Assembly: GCA_030390025.1 (NCBI GenBank)
Contig: CM059432.1
Location: 310,001-374,000 of the forward strand
From: Squalus acanthias
Lineage: Eukaryota
Length of the DNA stretch: 64,000 nucleotides
Direction of reading: 5' to 3'
Shown: piece after piece, positions 23,597 through 36,744 of the stretch
Numbering within the stretch: position 1 is the first letter of the stretch
How the letters are laid out: each line of letters opens with the position of its first letter
Notes under the pieces: model-generated
Databases searched by the model: none
What the model saw: the letters and a program-made list of their open reading frames with translations, nothing else
Told to the model about the DNA's origin: nothing
Made by a program: the position numbers and the translations under genes

Positions 23597-24114
23597 AATG
23601 CTTGCGTTATTAGGCCAGCACAAACTGAGCATGCTCATACTAAACCATGTGATAATACATTAGATATGAGGGAGGCCCTTCTGCCCATCTAGTTCTTCCT
23701 TCCATGGAAACCTACGATCTCCCACCATACCGTCCGACTGCCTCCAGAGTTTTCATGTCCACAGCGCTATCATGGCCCAGGCCAGCAATCTGTTTCCTGA
23801 TATTAGTCCTGAACTGCCCTTTCCCCTACATCTCCTTTGCCCTGTGGTCGAGGTTTAACTTGCGCTCACAGGATTAACCTTTTCTATTCCACTCGGTCAC
23901 TCAAGAAGCTCGACACCATTCAGGACAAAGCATAATACTGTGGCAACAAGAGCAGGTCAGAGGCTGGGTATTCTGCGGCGAGTGTCTCACTGCAATAAAT
24001 GCTGGCATTGCCAGCGACGCCCACATCCCATAAGCGAATAAATAAAAAAAGCCATGGACTAGCAACTCATCGTGTCTCTGTCCTTCATTTGTTCTACCCA
24101 AGTATATTACATTT

Positions 24115-24132
24115 TGGTGACGAGGATGGGAT
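24115..24132 (+). promoter_or_regulatory. Primer-binding site, probably tRNA-Ser(GCU)
   Basis: tggtgacgaggatgggat lies 3 nt after the LTR end TTACA. It matches 17/18 of the complement of the vertebrate tRNA-Ser(GCU) 3' end (ATCCCATCCTCGTCGCCA) as recalled. Confidence 0.75.
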
Positions 24133-24367
24133 CCCAAAGTCATTTTTAGGATCATGGAAGGACACAGTGTTCAACCTTCGAGTGGACAAGTTTAAGGTGA
24201 ATTTGTGACACCTAAACTGAATTTTTTGCAATGTTTTACCATTAATGCTGATGCAGAATCCTCTGTGCTTCACCTTTGTGTGTTTGTATACACAGCAACA
24301 GCAGTGTTGATTCTCACAGGTACACAGGTATCGTGCTGAGTCACTGTTCAACGGGATCGGGACATTC

Positions 24368-25200
24368 ATGGCCGCATCTACGGGATTCATCGGAAGCCTC
24401 GGTTGTATGACCGAGCTCGCGAACCATTCAGTTCTTACATTGAGCAGATGGAGATTTTTTTTAGGGCCAATAACATTATTGAGACCGAAGGTGTAGATGA
24501 GAATGTTCAAGCTCAAAATGAAGTAATTTATGAACGGAAGAAAGCAACTTTTCTAACCGAGATCGGGCCTGATGTCTACGGAACGTTGACAAACCTACTC
24601 GCGTCAGGGAAAGCGAAGGATGCGTCGTTTGAAGACATTGTCGAGAAACTCGAGGACCATTTCGACCCAAAGCCGTTAGAAATAGCAGAGAGCTATAAGT
24701 TTGGTACCAGAAACCAAAAACAGAGTGAAATCATCAGTGAGTACATTGTAGCTCTTAAGAACCTGTCTTTGCATTGTAACTTCAGCACATTTTTGGATCG
24801 TGCGTTGCGAGATAAGTTTGTGTGTGGACTGGTGGATGAGCGCACACAGTCCAAGTTACTGAACACTCCGAACCTAACATTTGACATAGCATGCAAAATT
24901 GCCCTATCTATAGAGATGGCGTCTAAGAATACTCGGGAGCTCTGTCCAACTCAAGTGACAAGTGCAGCTGTGGTCTACAGTCACAAAGCCACCGCCAAAC
25001 CTAAAGCTCTGAGAGCGAGTCAAAAGCATGTCGGTGAGAGCAGTTCAGTGAATTGTTATCGCTGCAAGGAAGTCACTCACCACAGTCCTGCCAAAGCAGA
25101 AATGTGAAGTGTTTTCACTGCCAGAAGCAAGGCCATATTTCAACAGCTTGCAGAGCTGGATCGAAAGCAGGAAGTAAGAACCATTCTAGTGGCAATGCAA
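24368..25200 (+). pseudogene. Gypsy gag, frameshifted
   Basis: ORF 24403..25107 has FFRANNI, LRDKFVCGL and CYRC. The CCHC knuckle CFHCQKQGHISTAC follows in a shifted frame at about 25110-25152. Confidence 0.85.
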
Positions 25201-26787
25201 AGCAGTGACAATAAAAGGGACGAGTTCACAATATTGAAGTGAACACACCTGATGTTGAAGAACTAGGCATCCAAAATGTAATATATGTGGGTAGAACTCT
25301 GCCCCTAAGCGGCAACGCTAGCAGTTGTGAGAAAGACTTCCATACAAAACTTTTGATCAACGACCAATATATTGATATGTGTATCGACACGGAGGCGGAC
25401 TGCTCTATCATGAGTAAGGACACATATGAGAGTAAGTTTAAATCAAGTACCATTTACAAAGAGTACCGTAGAGTTCAAAACCTACTCCGGAGAAATCCTA
25501 GAGACATGTGGACAAATGGAATGTACAGTTCAGCACGATGGCCAGTCAGTAAAGCTGCCTATTATTGTAGCGAGCTACAACAGGCCAACTCTCATGGGAA
25601 AAGACTGGTTGAGAAAGTTAGAACTAGACTGGAAAAACATCTTCAGTGTAGATGCTTCAAAGAAGCGACTCGACACAATGCTGAACAAGTATGAAAGCAA
25701 GTTCACAGACAGTTATGAGGGCAGCACTGGGTATGACGCGCATATCCACATCAAGTCCAACGCAAAGCCTGTCTATTGTAAGGCAAGGCCAGGTCCCCTG
25801 TGTGTTGAAAAGTCAGGTGGAGGAAGAGCTAGAGAACTCAGAGAGAACGGAGTGCCAATAAAAACTGACAAAAGTGAATGGGCTACCCCGATTGTGGTAG
25901 TGCCCAAAGCAAACAAAACTGTACGCTTGTGCGGTGACTACAAAGTTATTATCAACCAAGCAGTTGACGATGAGCAGTACCCATTACCTACATCACAAGA
26001 TTTGTATGCAGCACTCTCTGGGTCAAAGGTTTTCTCCAAGCTTGACCTGTCGCACGCTTACGCTCAGCTGAATGTTGACAAAGAGAGTCAACAGTATCTC
26101 ACTATCAACACACACAAGGGACTGTACTCGTACACCAAGCTGCCGTATGGTGTAAAGTCCTCCCCCAAAATCTTCCAGGCTACGATGGATAAGATTTTGC
26201 AAGGAGTTCCAAATTGCTTATGTAATCAAGACGATGTGCTGCTCGCAACAAGCAGCGAGGAAGAAAATCTAGACGTGTTAGATTTAGTGCTTCAAAGGTT
26301 GAATGCCCACAATGTCAAATTGAAAAGGAGCAAATGTGCTTTTGTGCAGCCCGAGATTGTGGACCTTGGTCTGAAAGTTGATGCAAATGACTTGCAACCA
26401 GTGAAGGAAAAGGTTGATGCTGTCGTCAATGCTCCAAAGCCACAGAACATGTCTGAGTTAAGATCTTTCCATGGAATGGTCCAGTACTATGCACGTTTCT
26501 CACCTCAGTTAGCGACCATGTTAGCTCCATTGCACGAGCTCCTCAAGAAGGATGTCCAGTGGAAGTGGACGAAAGCGCAACAGGAAGCTTACGTCGCTTG
26601 TAAGAGAAGTCTCTCCAGCGATGCTCTACTTGTGCACTACGACACAGAGCGTGAGCTTAAGTTAGCGTGTGATGCTTCCAGCGACGGTGTGGGAGCTGTC
26701 ATAAGCCACGTAATGGATGACGGTCAAGAAAAACCAATCACGTTCGCATCGCGAACCCTCACAAAGAGCGAAAGAAACTACACACAA

Positions 26788-29153
26788 AACCTACATATAG
26801 ACTGGGCAAACCAAACTGGGACCAGTGTCCTGGCGAACCGAATAACTAGAGCACTAGACAGGGCTTTAAACTAATGATGGGGGGTTGGGAAGATTCAGGA
26901 AAGAGTAAATTTAAAAGCAGCGAGAGAAATGTCATGGCTCTAGAGCAGAGTAGAGTTTTCGGTAAAAATAAGCAGAGTGGGTCAGGAAGGGACAGAGAGA
27001 GTATTCGATCAAAGGAAGAGGCTTTTAATGTTGCCAAAAAGAGTAGTAAGCCTGAGGATTGGGAGGATTTTAGAATTCAGCAAAGGAGGACCAAGAAATT
27101 GATAAAGAAAGGGAAAATAGAATATGAGAGTAAACTAGCGAGAGACATAAAAACAGACTGTAAAAGCTCTATAGGTATGTAAAAAGGAAAAGATACAGTA
27201 TTTAAGAAAGGCGGGAGAGAGAAAACAGGGAATGACAGACCAGTTAGCCTGACATCAGTAGTAGGGAAAATGCTTGAATCTATTATTAAGGACGTGGTAA
27301 CAGGGCACTTAGAAAATAATAATAGAATTGGGCAGAGTCAACACGGATTTATGAAAGGGAAATCGTGTTTGACAAATCTGTTAGAGTTTTTTGAGGTTGT
27401 AACTAGCAGAATAGATAAGGGGGAACCAATGGATGTGGTGTATTTGTATTTTCAGAAGGCATTCGATAAGGTGCCACACAAGAGCTTATGAAACAAAATT
27501 AGGGCTCATGGGATTGGGGGTAATATACTAGCATGGATTGAGGATTGGTGAACGGACAGAAAACAGAGAGTAGGAATAAACGGGTCATGTTCGGGTTGGC
27601 AGGCTGTAACTAGTGGGGTACCGCAAGGATCAGTGCTTGGGCCTCAGCTATTCACAATCTACATCAGTGATTTGGATGAGGGGACCAAATGTAATATATC
27701 CAAATTTGCTGATGATACAAAGCTGGGTGGGAATGTAAGTTGTGAGGAGGATGCAAGGAGGCTTCAAGGGGATATAGACAGGCTAAGTGAGTGGGCAAGA
27801 ACATGGCAAATGGAATATAGTGTGGAGAAATGTGAAGTTATCCACTTTGGTAGGAAAAATAGAAAAGCAGAGTACTTTTTAAATGGTGAAAGATTGGGAA
27901 AAGTTGGTGTTCAGAGGGACCTGGGTGTCCTTGTACACAAATCACTGAAAGTTAACATGCAGGTACAGCAAGCAATTAGGAAAGCAAATGGTATGTTGGC
28001 CTTTATTACAAGAGGATTTGAGTATAAGAGTAAAGACGTCTTACTGCAATTATATAGGGCCCTGGTGAGACCACACCTGGAGTATTGTGTACAGTTTTGG
28101 TCTCCTTACCTAAGGAAGGATATACTTGCCATAGAGGGAGTGCAACGAAGGTGCACCAGACTGATTCCTGGGATGGGGGGATTGTCCTATGAGGAGAGAT
28201 TGAGTAGACTAGGCCTATATTCTCTAGAGTTTAGAAGAATGAGAGGTTATCTCATTGAAACATACAAAATTCTTACAGGGCTTGACAGGGTAGATGCAGG
28301 GAGGATGTTTCCCCTGGCTGGGGAGTCTAGAACCAGGGGTCACAGTCTCAGAATAAGGGGTCGGCCATTTAGGACTGAGATGAGGAGAAATTTCTTCACT
28401 CAGAGGGTGGTGAATCTTTGGAATTCTCTACCCCAGAGGGCTGTGGAGGCTCAGTCGTTGAGTATATTCAAGACAGAAATCGATAGATTTTTGAATATTA
28501 AGGGAATCAAGGGATATGGGGATAGTGCAGGAAAGTGGCATTCATAGAATCATAGAATCATGGAAAGTTACAGCACGGAAGGAGGCCATTTTGGCCCATC
28601 GTGTCCGCGCCGGCCAACAAAGAGCTATCCAGCCTAATCCCACTTCCCAGCTCTTGGTCTGTAGCCCTGCAGGTTACAGCATCCCAAGTGCACATCCAAG
28701 TACTTGTTAAATGTGGTTAGGATTCCTGCCTCTACCACCCTTTCAGACAGTGAGTTCCAGACCCCCACAACCCTCTGGGTGAAGAAATTTCCCCTCAAAT
28801 CCCCTCTAAACCTTCCACCAATTACTTTAAATCTGTGCCCCCTGGTTTTTGACCCCACTGCTAAGGGAAATAGGTCCTTTCTATCCACTTTATCTATGTC
28901 CCTCATAATTTTATACACCTCAATAAGGTCTCCCCTCAGCCTCCTCTGTTCCAAGGAAAACAGACCCAGCCTATCCAGTCTTTCCTCATAGCTAAGATTC
29001 TCTACTCCCGGCAACATCCTTGTAAATCTCCTCTGTACCATCTCTAGTGCAATATAGTTGAGGTATAAGAGCAGCCTTGATCTTATTGAATGGCGGAGCA
29101 GGCTCGAGGGGCCAAATGGCCGACTCCTGCTCCTATTTCTTATGTTCTTATGT
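26788..29153 (+). mobile_element. CR1 LINE inserted in the Gypsy RNase H, with internal deletions
   Basis: ORFs 26874..27182, 27270..27491 and 27633..28547; 3' UTR at 29054-29153. Confidence 0.9.
28541..29053 (-). mobile_element. 5'-truncated CR1 inserted near the stop codon of the previous CR1
   Basis: ORF 28634..29041; tail (tctatgat)n at about 28541. Confidence 0.88.
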
Positions 29154-29481
29154 TAAAAGGAAGCACTCGCCATAGTGTTTGGAATCAAGAAATTCAACAG
29201 TTCCTGATCGGCAGAAAGTTTACCCTGATAACCGATCACAAACCTGCTCCTAGCAATATTGGGGCCCAAATCTGCCATCCCTGCAATGGCCGCATCAAGA
29301 ATGCAATGTTGGGTGGTGTTGTTGTCACAATATTGTCACAGTGTCAGCTGTTGTTCAGTGGGTAGCACCCTCCCCTCTGAGTCGGAAGGTTGTGGAGTCA
29401 AGTCTCTCTCTAGAGACTCGAGCAGAAAAATCTAGGCTGACACTCCAGTGCAGTACTGAGGGAGCGCCGCACTGTCGGAGA

Positions 29482-32400
29482 TCATAGAATCATAGAAATT
29501 TACAGCACAGAAGGAGGCCATTCGGCCCATCGTGTCCATGCCAGTCGACAAAGAGCTATCCAGCCTAATCCCACTTTCCAGCTCTTGGTCCGTAGCCCTG
29601 TAGGTTACAGAGCTTCAAGTGCATATCCAAGTACTTTTTAAATGTGATGAGGGTCTCTGCCTCGACCACCCTTTCAGGCAGTGAGTTCCAGACCCCCACC
29701 ACCCTCTGGGTGAAAAAAGTTCTCCTCAACTCCCCTCTAATCCTTCTACCAATTACTTTAAATCTGTGCCCCCTGGTTATTGACCTCGCTGCTAAGGGAA
29801 ATAGGTCCTTCCTATCCACTCGATCTCGGCCCCTCATAATTTTATACACCTCAATTAAATCTCCCCTCAGCCTCCTCTGTTCCAAAGAAAACAACACCAG
29901 CCTATCCAATCTTTCCTCATAGCTTAAATTCTCCAGCCCAGGCAACATCCTCGTAAATCTCCTCTGCACCCCCTCTTGTGCAATCACATCTTTCCTGTTA
30001 TGTGGTTACCAGAACTGCATGCAGTATTCTAGCTGCGGCCTAACTTCATTAAGATGGAGAGTGAAGTAGTTGACTCAGAGACTAGGGTCCTGAATTTAAA
30101 TAAAGGAAACTACGATGGTATGTGACGCGAATTGGCTAGGATGGATTGGGGAACGTTACTTAAAGGGTTGACGGTGGATAGGCAATGGCAAACATTTAAA
30201 GATCGCATGGATGAACTACAGGATTTGTTCATCCCTGTTTGGCATAAAAATAAAACAAAAAAGGTGACTCAACCGTGGCTAACAAGGGAAATTAGGGATA
30301 GCATAAGATCCAAGGAGAGGACATATAAATTGGCCAGAAAAAGCAGCAAACCTGAGGATTGGGAGCAGTTTAGGATTCAGCAAAGGAGGACAAAGGATTA
30401 ATTAAGAGGGGGAAAATAGAGTATGAGAGTAAGCTTGCAGGGAACATAAAAACTGACTGTAAAAGCTTCTATAGATATGCGAAGAGAAAAAGATTGGTGA
30501 AGTCAAGCTTAGGTCCCTTGCAGTCAGAATCAGGGGAATTTATAATGGGGAACAAAGAAATGGCAGACCAATTAAATACATATTTTGGTTCTGTCTTCAC
30601 AAAGGAGGACACAAATAACCTCCCAGAGATGTCGGGAAACATAGGGTCTAATGAGAGGGAAGAACTGAATGAAATCAGTATTTGTAGGGAAATGGTGTTA
30701 GGGAAATTGATGGGATTGATGGCCGATAAATCCCCAGGGCCTGATAATCTACATCCTAGGGTACTTAAGGAAGTGGCTCTAGAAATAGTAGATGCATTAC
30801 TGGTCATCTTCCAAAATTCTATAGACTCTGGAACAGTTCCCATGGATTGGAGGGTAGCTAATGTAACCCCACTATTTAAAAAAGGTGGGAGAGAGAAAAC
30901 GGGGAATTATAGACCGGTAAGCCTGACATCGGTAGTGGGGAAAATGCTAGAGTCCATTATAAAAGATGTAATAGCAGAGCACTTGGAAAACAGTGACAGG
31001 ATCGGACAAAGTCAACATGGATTTACAAAAGGTAAATCATGCTTGACTAATCTACTGGAATTTTTTGAGGATGTAACTGATAGAATAGATAAGGGAGAAC
31101 CAATGGATGTGGTGTATTTGGACTTTCAGAAGGCTTTCGATAAGGTCCCACATAAGAGATTAGCGTGCAAAGTTAAAGCACATGGGATTGGGGGTAAGGT
31201 ACTGACTTGGATAGAGAACTGGTTGGCAGACAGGAAGCAAAGAGTTGGAATAAACAGGTCTTTTTCCGAGTGGCAGGCAGTGACTAGTGGGGTACCGCAG
31301 GGATCGGTGCTAGGACCCCAGTTATTCACAATATATATTAATGATCTAGACGAGGGAACTAGATGTAATATCTCCAGGTTTGCAGATGACACAAAGCTGG
31401 GTGGGCGTGTGTGCTGTGAGGAGGATGCAGAGAAATTCCAGCATGATTTGGACAGTTTGGGTGATTGGGCAGATGCATGGCAGATGCAGTATAATGTGGA
31501 TAAATGCGAGGTTATCCACTTTGGTGGCAAAAACAGGAAGGCAGATTATTATCTGAACGGCAATAGATTGGGAAAAGGGGAAGTGCAACGAGACCTGGGA
31601 GTCCTTGTGCACCAGTCGTTGAAGGTAAGCATGCAGGTGCAGCAGGCGGTTAAGAAGGCAAATGGTATGTTGGCCTTCATAGCGAGAGGATTCAAGTACA
31701 GGAGCAAGGATGTCTTGCCGCAGTTGTACAGGGCCTTGGTGAGACCACACCTTGAGTATTGTGTGCAGTTTTGGTCGCCTTATCTGAGGAAGGATGTTCG
31801 TGCCATGGAGGCAGTGCAGCGAAGATTCACCAGACTGATACCTGGGATGGCAGGAATGACCTATGAAGAGAGATTGGGACGATTGGGCTTGTATTCGCTA
31901 GAGTTTAGGAGAATGAGAGGGGATCTCATTGAAACTTATAAAATTCTAACAGGACTAGACAGACTAGATGCAGGAAGGATGTTCCCGATGGCGGAGGAGT
32001 CCAGAACTAGGGGTCACAATCTAAAGATAAGGGGTAAGCCATTTAGGACTGAGATGAGGAGGAATTTTTTCACCCAGAGAGTGGTGAACCTGTGGAATTC
32101 TCTACCACAGAAGGCAGTTGAGGCCAATTCATTAAATATATTCAAGAAGGAGTTAGATATATTTCTTAAGGCTAAAGGGATCAAGGGATATGGGGAGAAA
32201 GCAGGGACAGGGTACTGAATTTGGATGATTAGCCATGATCTCATTAAATGGCAGAGCAGGCTCGAGGGGCCGAATGGCCTACTCCTGCTCCTATCTTCTA
32301 TGTTTCTATGTTTTTATGTAGTGTTTTATACAGTTCAAGCATAACCTCCCTGCCCTTATATTCTATGCCTCGGCTAATAAAGGCAAGTATCCCGTATGCC

Positions 32401-33018
32401 TTCTTAACCACCTTATCTACCTGTACTGCTACCTTCAGGGATCTGTGGACATGCACTCCAAGGTCCCTCTGATCTTCTGCACTTCTCAGTGTCCTACCAT
32501 TTATAGTGTATTCCCTTGCCTTATTAGCCCTCCCCAAATGCATTACCTCACACTTCTCCAGATTGAATTCCATTTGCACCTGACCAGTCCATTGATATCT
32601 TCCTGCAGTCTGCAGCTTTCTTCTTCATTATCAACCACACAGCCAATTTTTGTATCATCTGCAAACTTCTTAATCATACTTCCTACATTCAAGTCCAAAT
32701 CATTGATATATACCACAAAAAGCAAGGGACCTAGTACTGAGCCCTGCGGAACCCCACTGGAAACAGCCTTCCAGTCACAAAAACACCCTTCGACCGTTCC
32801 CCTTTGTTTCCTGCCGCTGAGCCAATTTCGGCTCCAACTTGCCACTTTGCCTTGGATCCCATGGGCTTTTACTTTCGTGACCAGTCTGCCATGCGGGACC
32901 TTATCAAAAGCCTTGCTAAAATCCAAAGAGACTACATCAAACACTCATCGACTCTCCTTGTTATCTCCTCAAAAAATTCAATCAAGTTAGTCAGACACGA
33001 CCTTCCCTTGACAAATCC
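29482..33018 (-). mobile_element. CR1 LINE split by a plus-strand CR1
   Basis: ORFs 29565..29987, 32298..32579 and 32543..32944. Confidence 0.88.
30045..32318 (+). mobile_element. Young CR1 (family B) with an uninterrupted 574-codon RT and C-terminal ORF (30494..32218)
   Basis: [46 protein letters not shown] and FADD motifs; 5' truncated. Confidence 0.93.
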
Positions 33019-34051
33019 ATGCCGTCTTTCGGATGAGATGCTAAACCGAGGCCCTGTCTGCTCCCTCAAGTGGACATAAAAGATTCCATGGCACTATTTC
33101 AAAGAAGAGTAGGGGAATTATCCCCGGTGTCCTAGCCAACATTTATCCCTCAATCAACATCACGAAAACAGATTATCTGGCCATTATCTCATTGCTGTTT
33201 GTGGGAGCTTGCTGTGCGCAAAATGGTTGCCGCGTTTCCTACATTACAACAGTGACTACACTTCAAAAAGTACTTCATTGGCTGTTAAGCGTTGTGGTCG
33301 TGAAAGGGGCTATAGAAATGCAAGTCTTTCTCTGCTTTTACATGACTACACGATTGAATATCGCACTTCAAAGCAGAACACAATCGCAGATGCCTTGTCC
33401 AGGTTGCCACATGAGGACTCATGTGTTGGGAGTGAAGGTGAGATTTTCACACTAGGTGCAGTTGACAAAGACTTTCCCGTGAATGCAACTGAGATTGCAG
33501 ATGAGACTCAAAAGGACTCAGTACTGAAAAGAGTGTATGAAAACACCTTGAATGGACGGACTGATCAGTGTCTGGACACAGAGTTGAAACCATTCCATAA
33601 CCGTCGCACTGAATTGTCTTGTGAGTAAGGTTGTATCAAGTGGGGAAACAGAGTCTGGTACCTACTTCTTTGAGAGATAGAATTCTGGCCGAACTTCATA
33701 TTGAACATCCAGGGATCGTCAGCATGAAATCAATTGCAAGAAGCTTTGTTTATTGGCCTGGATTGGACAGTGATCTTGAACCACTTGATCATGAACACAT
33801 ACAGGAGTTTGACTCAGTTCAGACTTCAGTAACTGAAGTACTAGGTTCAAACAAGTCTGAGATAGAAACAGGATCATCTTTGAGTTCGGAACCAAAACAA
33901 AACAGCCCGAAAATTGGTTCAACACCAAAACCGTCTGTAAGGAGATCAGGAAGGCTCCGCAAACCTGTTATTAAACTGGATTTGTAGTTCGTTTAAAAGA
34001 AAAAAAGCCGAGAGTTTTTGTTCTGTGGTACACGTAATGCTGGGAAAGGTG

Positions 34052-35730
34052 TATAAGGTTTCCAAAATTTACAGATCCCCAAAACCTAAGGAAAAAGGAC
34101 TTTGGAACTACCTCCGAGTGATAAAATTGCATTTGGGCCTAACATAAGGAATTTAAGACCAAAAACCAAGGTTTGGCATTTTAAAAACATGTCTGGGCCT
34201 GTAAAGGGAGAAAAGGCTGTGAAAGAAGATGGGATTGACCTCTGTAAAAGCAGTTTTGGTTATTGCAGTTAATTGCACTGTCTGGGGAACCAGGATGACC
34301 CTACTCAAGCCCCAGCAGGCATTAACATTTTGACAATAGACCCTGGGAGAAGACAGTCCCACCCAAAATAACAGGCCCCATCAAACCGATTACAGGGCCC
34401 ATCAGAAAACATGCATAATACAAATCACTCAGGACCAGTCTATAGAAAAGACTGAGTCCAGCCTAGAAACCCAAAACACGAAACCAATCACCAGTGATCA
34501 GCCAAGGAGATCGACAGGTTGCAAACCATCCCAAAACCCATTTGACACTTACAGAGCAGGTCCTGGTGACAGGCCCACCAAAAAAACAGACAATGAACTG
34601 AGTAGATTTGGCGGGTAGATAAGGCCATGTTCAATGGGTAAGATTGAAGGCCTGTTAAAAACCCAGTTCACGCGCTAGTAAGTCGTTACCGATTTACGAG
34701 CCCGCCAAAAACCAGACAATAAACTGAGTAGATTTGGCGGGTAGATAAGGCCACTTCAATTTAGTATAATTGAAGGCCCATCAAGCAGTTCAAGGTGGAG
34801 TGGAACAGTCAGTCGCAACCGGTGGTCATCAGAAGAAGAAGAAACCAGGAAGAAGAAAACCCGAGCTGGAAGCGAGTCGGCATCGCTCACCACTCAGACA
34901 CACCTGAGTCCAGCTCGTGAAGATACCACCTCGACGGACCTCCAACAACAGTCCCAACACAGTCACCCGGAGCAACAAGCAGCAACAAGTCACCGATGGC
35001 TCCACGAGGTCGACCAACACATTAAACAAGGCCTAAAGCCATCGCGGAAACCAAAGGCCTCATGAAACCAACAACCGCGCATTACCCCCAACTGACGGGT
35101 AATAGCAGGCCACCGCGACCAACAAAGACCAACTCCAGGGAAGAAAACCCGAAGAACCGCAAAGTTTCCACTCTCCAATCTACTCCTGACTTACCCCTGG
35201 GTAAGATTTTCCCAAAGACTCTAAGCCCTACTGCTAAACCAAAGAAATTGGGTACTCACCAGATAAATCCAAAACGACATCCTACCGCATCAGCGGACTC
35301 GCGAAGACTGACCAGAGACTCAGGTGAAGTCCTCTACCGCGTACGGGGTACGGCAGACACTAACCGCCATAAACAGCGAACCCCAAAACCGCGATTTAGC
35401 CCAACTGTCAAAGGATTGGTGAGCATTATCCCTGGTCCTTCAAAGCCTAACTTAGCTAGTAAAGTGGGGTTGGGAGGGGTGAAGTATTGTTCTACTGTCA
35501 TTTCCCTCGCTTGTACCGAAGTGTTCCCCACCTTTAGAGTATAAGAGTGTTATTATTTGTGTCTTACCTTTTCAATAAAGATTGAAGTTCTTTCATCAAA
35601 CTCAGTTGTCTGCTGCACCTTTTGTATCACAACCCCCAAATAAGTCCAAGGTCCAGAACCAAGGGAGTGGGAGCGATTCGAACCGCTCAGAAGTCAGAGG
35701 TAAAGCTGACACAAACCACCACCCCCTACA
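34052..35730 (+). mobile_element. Candidate 1.68-kb solo LTR inserted in the Gypsy 3' UTR
   Basis: Flanked by the 4-bp direct repeat GGTG (34048-34051 and 35731-35734). Ends are tataagg and ccctaCA. Internal direct repeat of about 45 bp (about 34583 and 34708), TATA-like tataat at about 34765 and AATAAA at 35574. No recognisable coding domain. Confidence 0.55.
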
Positions 35731-36744
35731 GGTGGGACCATAGTTTTGTTGTATTTGAGACGGGAATATGTACATTTCTTTTAAGGGGGAAAGCAGTGTA
35801 ATGTATTATCACATGGTTTGTCACATGGTTTGGTATGAGCATGCTCAGTTCGCTCTGGCCTAATGAAGCAAGCACATGGACTAGCAACTCATCCTGTCTC
35901 TGTCCTTCATTTGTTCTATCCACATATATTACTGAGTTCTGTGGTTATGGTTTCTGCGTGGACATCAGGCAAAAACACCATCTAAGTTGGCCGTGATCTC
36001 TGCCTCTCTCTGATCCAGTGAGCGAGTGGTCAGTCTATCTCTGAGGAGATGGTGGGAGCAGATAGTGGTGGTTCATTCAAATGCAAATTAAATAGATTTC
36101 ATTAAGAAGATAATATTTTGAGATTGAGTCTGTGAGTAATTTGAGACATGACGTGGGGAGGGCAGCGTGCTCGGGAGGAACCGGTGACTTTGAACCTCTG
36201 GTTCCCAAAGCTCTCCACCACTGGGGGGTTTCCTCACCTCCTGTCTGGGTCTGTTGGAGACTCATTGATAGAGATTGATTGTTGTAATTGGTCAACAACT
36301 CCATTATCGCCGGATCATGTGACTACCTGGATGGTAGAAGGTGAACTAGATGCACCCTGGTCTCTTTCGTCCAGCAATTCCTATCTTCCTTAATGACCAG
36401 ATAATCTGTTATAGGTGTTGGTTGAGGAATAAATATTGTTTCCACAGATGAGTTTTGAATTTCCCCCCTTCAAGGGCAGGCCGTGTCCTCTGGTCCAACT
36501 GTTCTGGCCAAGGTGAAGCAGCTCGTCATGGGCGACATTATCTGGTCCCTTTAGAATCCTAAAAACAGTAATCGTATCACTTCTCGACAATCCAGTGAGA
36601 ACATGCTCAATTGACACACTCGCTCCTCACAATCCAATCCCTCCGTCCCCATCAATCACCCTCTCTTCTGTATCCTTTCAACAGCTGAAATATGTCCTGC
36701 GGTGATCAGAACAGTACACAGTTTTCTAAATTCATTCACACCAA

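Larger units (their letters stand above)
29342..33335 (+). mobile_element. DeuSINE-type SINE with a single 33-bp unit, split by CR1 inserts (head 29342-29481, rest 33019-33335)
   Basis: ...gcactgtcggaga at 29481 rejoins tgccgtctttcggatgag at 33019. Confidence 0.85.
25239..33987 (+). pseudogene. Gypsy pol in three pieces (25239-26787, about 29155-29335, about 33340-33987); integrase core deleted
   Basis: Protease IDTEADCS; RT LCGDYKV, KLDLSHAY, LPYG and NQDDVL; RNase H ACDAS and FASRTLTKSERNY, resuming as KEALAIVFG and TDHKP; ADALSRLP; integrase zinc motif HIEHPGI...YWPG, then a jump to RRSGRLRKP. Confidence 0.9.
23599..35932 (+). mobile_element. Ty3/Gypsy LTR retrotransposon, decayed and fragmented by nested inserts; LTRs of about 137 bp
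   Basis: 3' LTR at 35797-35932 preceded by the PPT aagggggaaagcag. 5' LTR halves at 24052-24111 (+) and 23599-23664 (inverted). PBS present; gene order gag-PR-RT-RH-IN. No TSD recognised. Confidence 0.88.

Noticed and set aside
31126..31750. Recurrent antisense ORFs in CR1 copies (also 2189..2789 and 48389..49331)
   Set aside because: These are shadow frames of the same RT sequence, repeated because the copies are nearly identical; there is no independent evidence of coding.
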